Below, piece by piece: positions 58,612 to 64,000 of a DNA stretch of 64,000 nt; position 1 is the first letter of the stretch; every line of letters begins with the position of its first letter. The notes below the pieces were generated by a model. It was not told the DNA's origin and made no database searches. It was given only the letters and a program-made list of their open reading frames with translations. The stretch comes from Minisyncoccota bacterium. Lineage in GTDB: Bacteria > Patescibacteriota > Minisyncoccia > Phycocordibacterales > JABMNX01. A program made the position numbers and the translations under genes. The stretch covers positions 76,609 to 140,608 of the forward strand of contig OZ244961.1 of NCBI GenBank assembly GCA_965222715.1, given 5' to 3'.

Positions 58612-59280
58612 ATGACTCCGACTCAAAAAACTGAACGAACAAAACGGGCTAAAAAAATAATCAAAGAGTTACGGACGCTCTATCCCGACTCTAAGACAGA
58701 ACTCAATTACAGTACTCATTGGGAGCTTTTGGTTGCGGTTATCCTTTCAGCGCAATGTACCGACAAGCGGGTGAATGAGGTTACGCAGACACTTTTTAAG
58801 AAATATAAAACACTTGATGAGTATGTAGACGCATCTCTGAGTGAGTTTGAAGAAGATATTAGGTCAACTGGGTTTTACCGAAATAAAGCAAAAAATATTT
58901 TAGCTGCGGCTCGTGTAGTAAAAGAAGATTTTAAAGGAAAGATTCCAAAGACAATTGAAGAAATGCTCACTATTCCTGGTGTTGCACGAAAGACTGCAAA
59001 TGTTGTTTTGGGGAATGCGTATGGAATTTACGAAGGTATTGCTGTTGATACGCACGTACGGCGACTTGCACTTAAATTTGATCTTACTGATTATAAAGAT
59101 CCAGTACGAATTGAGAGAGATTTAATGGAGATTATTCCTAAGAAAGATTGGAAATATGTTAACCATCAAATGGTTATGTATGGACGTTACATCTGTACAG
59201 CACGTCCTCATGAGTGCAAAGAGCACCCTCTAACAAAGATATACCCAGAGGCTGCCAAGAATTGGCCACTTTCTAAATAG
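58612..59280 (+). CDS. nth: Endonuclease III with degenerate Fe-S motif
   Basis: LVAVILSAQCTD, IPGVARKTAN, AVDTHV; start inferred at 58612. Confidence 0.93.
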   Translation: MTPTQKTERTKRAKKIIKELRTLYPDSKTELNYSTHWELLVAVILSAQCTDKRVNEVTQTLFKKYKTLDEYVDASLSEFEEDIRSTGFYRNKAKNILAAARVVKEDFKGKIPKTIEEMLTIPGVARKTANVVLGNAYGIYEGIAVDTHVRRLALKFDLTDYKDPVRIERDLMEIIPKKDWKYVNHQMVMYGRYICTARPHECKEHPLTKIYPEAAKNWPLSK

Positions 59281-59333
59281 AGCATTATGGGTGGGGCGTT
59301 GCATGCTCTACATCGCTCAGTATAATAGGCGGT

Positions 59334-60254
59334 ATGCATATACTCTCTCGACTCATTTTACTCATTATTATTCTAGTCATCATGGGTGGGCTTGTTGGTT
59401 TTGTGCTAGGTATACAGCAAAGTGAAGAATCGCTCGATACGCTCTCCCAGAGAATTACAGAATTAGAAGAATACATTGGATTGGTTGCACAAGAGTCAGC
59501 TGAGAATACTGATGAACTCGAGAGAAGGGAATCATTACGCCAAAAATCACAAGATGAGCTCCTAACAACTGCTGTAGCAACAATTGCACCATCAGTTGTA
59601 TCTATTGTTGTCTCAAAAGATGTTCCTAAACTTGAAGTAGTGTATGAAAATCCTTTTGGTGACGATCCATTTTTCCAGAACTTTGGTATTCAAGTGCCTC
59701 GTATTGTCCAAAAAGGTACTGAAGTGCAACAGGTGGGTGCGGGAACAGGATTTTTTGTTCGTGAAAATGGATACATTGCAACAAATAGGCATGTAGTGAG
59801 TGACCCTGACGCAGTTTATACAGTTCTTCTTGCTGACGGTTCTCAAAAACAAGCTGAAGTCATCTACCGAGATACTGATATTGATTTTGCTATTATCAAA
59901 ATTCCAGGAGGCGGGTATGATGCTGCGGTACTTGGCACATCTTCAGAGCTAAAACTTGGACAATCAGTGTTTGCTATCGGGAACGCCCTTGGAGAATTTA
60001 GTAACTCAGTGTCAGTGGGTATTATCTCAGGACTTGATAGAGAGCTTTCGGCACTTGGTGCTGAAGGTCCAGAAGAATTAAAAGGTGTTATTCAAACTGA
60101 CGCAGCAATTAATCCAGGAAACTCAGGTGGACCACTCTCAAACCTCAATGGGGAAGTTATTGGTATTAATGTTGCTACAGCTCAAGGGGGAGATAATGTA
60201 AGTTTCTCGATTCCAATTGATTTTGTAAAAAATATTATTCAATCAATTCTCTAA
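59334..60254 (+). CDS. HtrA-like serine protease without PDZ domain
   Basis: TM, coiled coil, TNRHVV, DFA, INPGNSGGPL. Confidence 0.9.
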   Translation: MHILSRLILLIIILVIMGGLVGFVLGIQQSEESLDTLSQRITELEEYIGLVAQESAENTDELERRESLRQKSQDELLTTAVATIAPSVVSIVVSKDVPKLEVVYENPFGDDPFFQNFGIQVPRIVQKGTEVQQVGAGTGFFVRENGYIATNRHVVSDPDAVYTVLLADGSQKQAEVIYRDTDIDFAIIKIPGGGYDAAVLGTSSELKLGQSVFAIGNALGEFSNSVSVGIISGLDRELSALGAEGPEELKGVIQTDAAINPGNSGGPLSNLNGEVIGINVATAQGGDNVSFSIPIDFVKNIIQSIL

Positions 60255-60257
60255 AGC

Positions 60258-60950
60258 ATGTCAAAAGAACAACAGGTTGCCATATTTGATGTTGACGGAA
60301 CTATTTTTCGATCGAGTCTTGTTATTGAGCTCGTCGAAGCTTTGATTGAAGAAGGTGTCTTCCCAGCTCGTGTTCAAAAACAGTACGAAAAAGACTATCG
60401 TGCATGGTTTGAACGAGAGGGTGGGTATGAAGAGTACATTACCGCTCTCGTGAAGACTTTTATGAAGCACATTAAAGGTGTGCATTACGGGACGTTTAGT
60501 GACATATCAAAAAAGGTGGTTGAGCGTCACCAAAAGCATGTGTATCGCTATACTCGTGATTTAGTAGAGGAATTAAAAAAGAACGGATATTTCATGCTTG
60601 CGATATCCCAATCACCCAAAACAGTGGTTGAAGCTTTCTGTAAAAATCTTGGATTTGATAAGGTGTATGGGCGTATTTATGAGATTGGGCCACAGAATCT
60701 TTTCACAGGTACGATTGTTGATGAACATCTTATTATGAACAAAGCAACAATCGTACGTCGAGCTTTTGAGAAAGAAAAACTCTCGCTTGACGGCTCGGTC
60801 GGGGTTGGAGATACTGAAGGAGATATACCATTCCTTGAATTAGTTGAACGGCCAATCTGTTTTAACCCAAACAATAATCTCTACAAACATGCGAAACGGA
60901 TGGGTTGGGAAATTGTAGTAGAACGTAAAGATGTTATTTATACATTATAA
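60258..60950 (+). CDS. HAD-IB family hydrolase
   Basis: FDVDGT, ISQSP, K, GDTEGD. Confidence 0.9.
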   Translation: MSKEQQVAIFDVDGTIFRSSLVIELVEALIEEGVFPARVQKQYEKDYRAWFEREGGYEEYITALVKTFMKHIKGVHYGTFSDISKKVVERHQKHVYRYTRDLVEELKKNGYFMLAISQSPKTVVEAFCKNLGFDKVYGRIYEIGPQNLFTGTIVDEHLIMNKATIVRRAFEKEKLSLDGSVGVGDTEGDIPFLELVERPICFNPNNNLYKHAKRMGWEIVVERKDVIYTL

Positions 60951-60952
60951 CC

Positions 60953-61198
60953 ATGAAGCAAAGACTATATCGTTCAGAAGATAATAAAATAATTGCTGGC
61001 ATACTTGGTGGTCTCGGAGAGTATCTTGATATTGACCCAACTATTCTGAGACTGTTTTTTGTTGCAGTCACAGTATTTACAGGGATTATCCCTGGGGCAC
61101 TTATATATCTTGTTGCGCTCATTATCGTACCAAGAAGGCCTCACGGTGGCGCATTGCAACACACGGTTATTGAAGCAGGTGGTAAAACTGGAGAGTAG
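60953..61198 (+). CDS. PspC domain protein
   Basis: LYRSEDNKIIAGILGGLGEYLDIDPT. Confidence 0.9.
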   Translation: MKQRLYRSEDNKIIAGILGGLGEYLDIDPTILRLFFVAVTVFTGIIPGALIYLVALIIVPRRPHGGALQHTVIEAGGKTGE

Positions 61199-61317
61199 GT
61201 ATGCCAATTCGGAAGATCGTACTCCTTATTATTGTCATTGGACTCACTATTATTTTTGGAAAGCTACTCGCGCTCTATCTTGCCGATATGGTTTTATTTT
61301 TTGTAGAAACACGTTAA

Positions 61318-62151
61318 ATGAGAACTCAAGCTTTTGAAAAGAAAGTGTGGGAATACTATAAGACACATAAACGTGATCTGCCGTGGCGAGCGCGTGGGAA
61401 TAGAAAACCCAATCCGTACCATATTTTGGTCTCTGAAATAATGCTTCAACAAACTCAAGTTGATAGAGTGATACCTAAATTTAACGACTTCATTGCCACC
61501 TTTCCTACTATATGTGATTTAGCTAATGCATCCTTAAAAGATGTTCTTATGAAGTGGCAAGGACTTGGGTATAATCGTCGAGCAAAAATGCTTCACGGCG
61601 CGGCTAAAGAAATATGTTACACCTATCGAGGTGTTGTACCTCGGGATACAGAAGTACTTAAGACACTTCCAGGTATTGGACCGTACACAGCAGGAGCTGT
61701 ATGTGCATTTGCATTTAATAAAAAAGTAACCATTATTGAGACAAATATTCGCTCAGCCTTCATTTATCATTTTTTTAAAGATAGAAAGGATGTACGTGAT
61801 GCTGACATCGTGCCATATATTGAAAGAACAGTTGAACATACAGAGAAACCACGTGAGTGGTATGCAGCACTCATGGATTACGGCTCAATGTTAAAACGGA
61901 CAGAAAAAAATCCATCTCGTCGCAGTCTACACCACACACAGCAAAAACCTTTTAAAAATTCAGATCGTCAAATTCGCGGTTTAATAGTAAAAACACTTCT
62001 CGAAAATGGTTCACTAACACGCATTGGTGTTGTGCGTAAATTGAGAGAGTGTAGTAAGGAATATAGCAAAGAGCGTATCAACCAACAGATTGATGCGCTC
62101 TCTAAAGAGGGTCTGGTGTCTATCTCACGAAATACACTGCAGGTTCATTAA
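61318..62151 (+). CDS. mutY: A/G-specific adenine glycosylase, short and cluster-free
   Basis: RDLPWR, VSEIMLQQTQV, WQGLGYNRRA, LPGIGPYTAGA. Confidence 0.9.
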   Translation: MRTQAFEKKVWEYYKTHKRDLPWRARGNRKPNPYHILVSEIMLQQTQVDRVIPKFNDFIATFPTICDLANASLKDVLMKWQGLGYNRRAKMLHGAAKEICYTYRGVVPRDTEVLKTLPGIGPYTAGAVCAFAFNKKVTIIETNIRSAFIYHFFKDRKDVRDADIVPYIERTVEHTEKPREWYAALMDYGSMLKRTEKNPSRRSLHHTQQKPFKNSDRQIRGLIVKTLLENGSLTRIGVVRKLRECSKEYSKERINQQIDALSKEGLVSISRNTLQVH

Positions 62152-64000
62152 ACACCGAGTAGTACTGGAATAACAATAGGGTGTTTGTTTGTTTTTTGGA
62201 AGAGAAAGGCGCTTACTTCGTCAGTAATATTGTCTTTTACGTAGTCGAAGTTAATTGGATGCATTCCTTGCGTTGAGCGTTCCACCGTTTTCTTAATAAG
62301 GAGTCGTGTCTGCTGCAGCATGTCTTGTGATTCTCTAAGGTAAACAAATCCACGAGAAATAATATCGGGTGATTTACGTAATTGTCCGGTTTTTAAGTTA
62401 ATGGTTGCAATGACAACAAACATGCCATCTTGTGCGAGTGTTTTACGATCTCGGATGACTACGTCTTGTACGTCACCAATAGAGAACCCGTCAACCATCA
62501 TTGGACCAGCAGGTGCGCTTTCTTTTCGCACGATCATTTCTTCTCCTTTGATAATATCAATCACTGTTCCATTGTCGGCAACCACAATATTTTTCTCAGG
62601 AAATCCAGATTCAATAAGAGCGTTTGCATGACACCGTGTCATTGAATAGTAGCCATATGCTGGCATAAAGAATTTGGCACCAATTTGTTGATTGATCCAG
62701 ACAAGTTCACCAGTATTTCCATGCCCAGTTGAGTGTACGTCTGATGAGCGGTAGTGAATGACGTGTCCTGCGTGTCGATAAAGGTTGTCTTTAAGGCGTT
62801 GTACTGAAAGTTCATTACCAGGAATAACCGAAGAAGAAAGCACGATAGTGTCACGTTTATTCATCTTCACAAACTTATGGTTTCCTGTTGCAATACGCAT
62901 AAGTGCAGCAAATTCTTCTCCCTGCGCGCCTGTAGCCAAGATAACAATCTTATCTGGTGGGTAGTTATCAACCTCTTGGATAGGGATGAGCGTACCCTTC
63001 TTAGGTTTAAGCCGACCAGCCCGCTCGGCAATTTCCATATTAGTTTTAATGCTCCGACCCTCAGTAACGACTTTTTTCCCAAGTTCTTCACAAATTTCAA
63101 CAATCTTAATCATGCGCTCAAACTGTGAAGCAAAGGTTCCAATGATAAGGCGTCCTTTGGTGTTTTTAACGATATCTTCAAGTGTGTCATACACCTTTTG
63201 CTCAGGTACTGAAAAGCCACTTCGCTCAGCGTTAGTTGAGTCACCAATAAAAATAAGATTTTTTTCTTTCCCTATTTTTGCGTAGTTTTCCTGCTCACGT
63301 TTACTTGGTACACCATCTTCATGTTCAAGCTTTAGGTCACCACTTAATACGACATTTCCATATTCGGTCTCAATAATCATACCGGTTGAATCAGGAATTG
63401 AGTGGGTCACTGGGAAGGTACGCACCTTCAATTTTCCAAGGGTAACTGGAACGTTAGGGTCAAGAACGTGTATGTCATGTTTTACACCAGGGAATTCTTC
63501 AGCACGTTTCTTAATCATTATTGAGGTTAATTCACCAGTATAGATTGGGGGGTTACCAATACGATCAAGAATAAAAGGGATACCTCCAATGTGATCAAGG
63601 TGTCCGTGTGTAATAAGGAGCGCTCGAATTTTATGTTTCTTCTGCTCAAGGTAGTGTGTGTTAGGAAGAATGTAGTCTACTCCTGGTGCTTCTTCTGAAA
63701 CAAACTGAAAACCAGCATCAATAATGACAATGTCATCCTCTGTCTCAACAACAGTCATGTTTCGCCCAACCTCTTCAACACCTCCAAGGGGGATAACGCG
63801 CACGCCATCTTTAATTTCTGGCACAGCCTCCTCTCTACTTTTCCGTGCTGACTCTGCTGATGTTCGATGCACCATTCGTTTACTGGTTGTTGTTTGCTTA
63901 CGCACATGGTTGCGTTGAGAATTTCCTCTTCGAGAAGACCGAGAGGTACGTCCTCCATTTCCATTTCGTGTACCGCCACTTCTTGAGTGAGCATTTCTTC
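62148..64000 (-). CDS. rnj: Ribonuclease J; start lies beyond the window
   Basis: GGVEEVGRNM, THGHLDHIGG, HSIPD, HSTGH, SRGF; frame open to the window edge with R/G/S-rich sequence. Confidence 0.95.
   Translation of the reverse strand, partial: RNAHSRSGGTRNGNGGRTSRSSRRGNSQRNHVRKQTTTSKRMVHRTSAESARKSREEAVPEIKDGVRVIPLGGVEEVGRNMTVVETEDDIVIIDAGFQFVSEEAPGVDYILPNTHYLEQKKHKIRALLITHGHLDHIGGIPFILDRIGNPPIYTGELTSIMIKKRAEEFPGVKHDIHVLDPNVPVTLGKLKVRTFPVTHSIPDSTGMIIETEYGNVVLSGDLKLEHEDGVPSKREQENYAKIGKEKNLIFIGDSTNAERSGFSVPEQKVYDTLEDIVKNTKGRLIIGTFASQFERMIKIVEICEELGKKVVTEGRSIKTNMEIAERAGRLKPKKGTLIPIQEVDNYPPDKIVILATGAQGEEFAALMRIATGNHKFVKMNKRDTIVLSSSVIPGNELSVQRLKDNLYRHAGHVIHYRSSDVHSTGHGNTGELVWINQQIGAKFFMPAYGYYSMTRCHANALIESGFPEKNIVVADNGTVIDIIKGEEMIVRKESAPAGPMMVDGFSIGDVQDVVIRDRKTLAQDGMFVVIATINLKTGQLRKSPDIISRGFVYLRESQDMLQQTRLLIKKTVERSTQGMHPINFDYVKDNITDEVSAFLFQKTNKHPIVIPVLLGV

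Overview
Chromosomal window from a reduced-genome bacterium that reads like Patescibacteria/Parcubacteria (CPR). This placement is inferred from gene content: a complete type IV pilus locus, a shortened RF2, and Gmad2, cupredoxin and CxxC-x17-CxxC proteins. The genetic code is standard. The backbone carries housekeeping genes (map, ndk, infC-rpmI-rplT, smpB-ssrA, ftsH, recG, ligA, gatCA, prfB, ftsEX, pyrG, nth, mutY, rnj), eight tRNAs including a rare tRNA-Ile(UAU), tmRNA and a probable minimal 6S RNA. The main accessory feature is a ~9.55 kb element integrated at the 3' end of tmRNA (7328-16880). It encodes two tandem serine recombinases, a primase-polymerase/AAA helicase, a switch-like structured leader RNA upstream of a small membrane peptide, and an unusual restriction-modification locus. 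That locus has two beta-class methyltransferases flanking a catalytically dead methyltransferase paralog, plus a convergent HNH nuclease. Other signals are an HTH-LAGLIDADG-like gene abutting a tRNA, tRNA-linked repeat elements, a dispersed 26-bp palindrome family, two candidate novel small RNAs, and two contrasting gene-expression styles (leaderless-looking core genes versus SD-led single-gene cassettes such as pyrC and pyrD). All calls were made by eye from sequence and motifs; no database searches were run.
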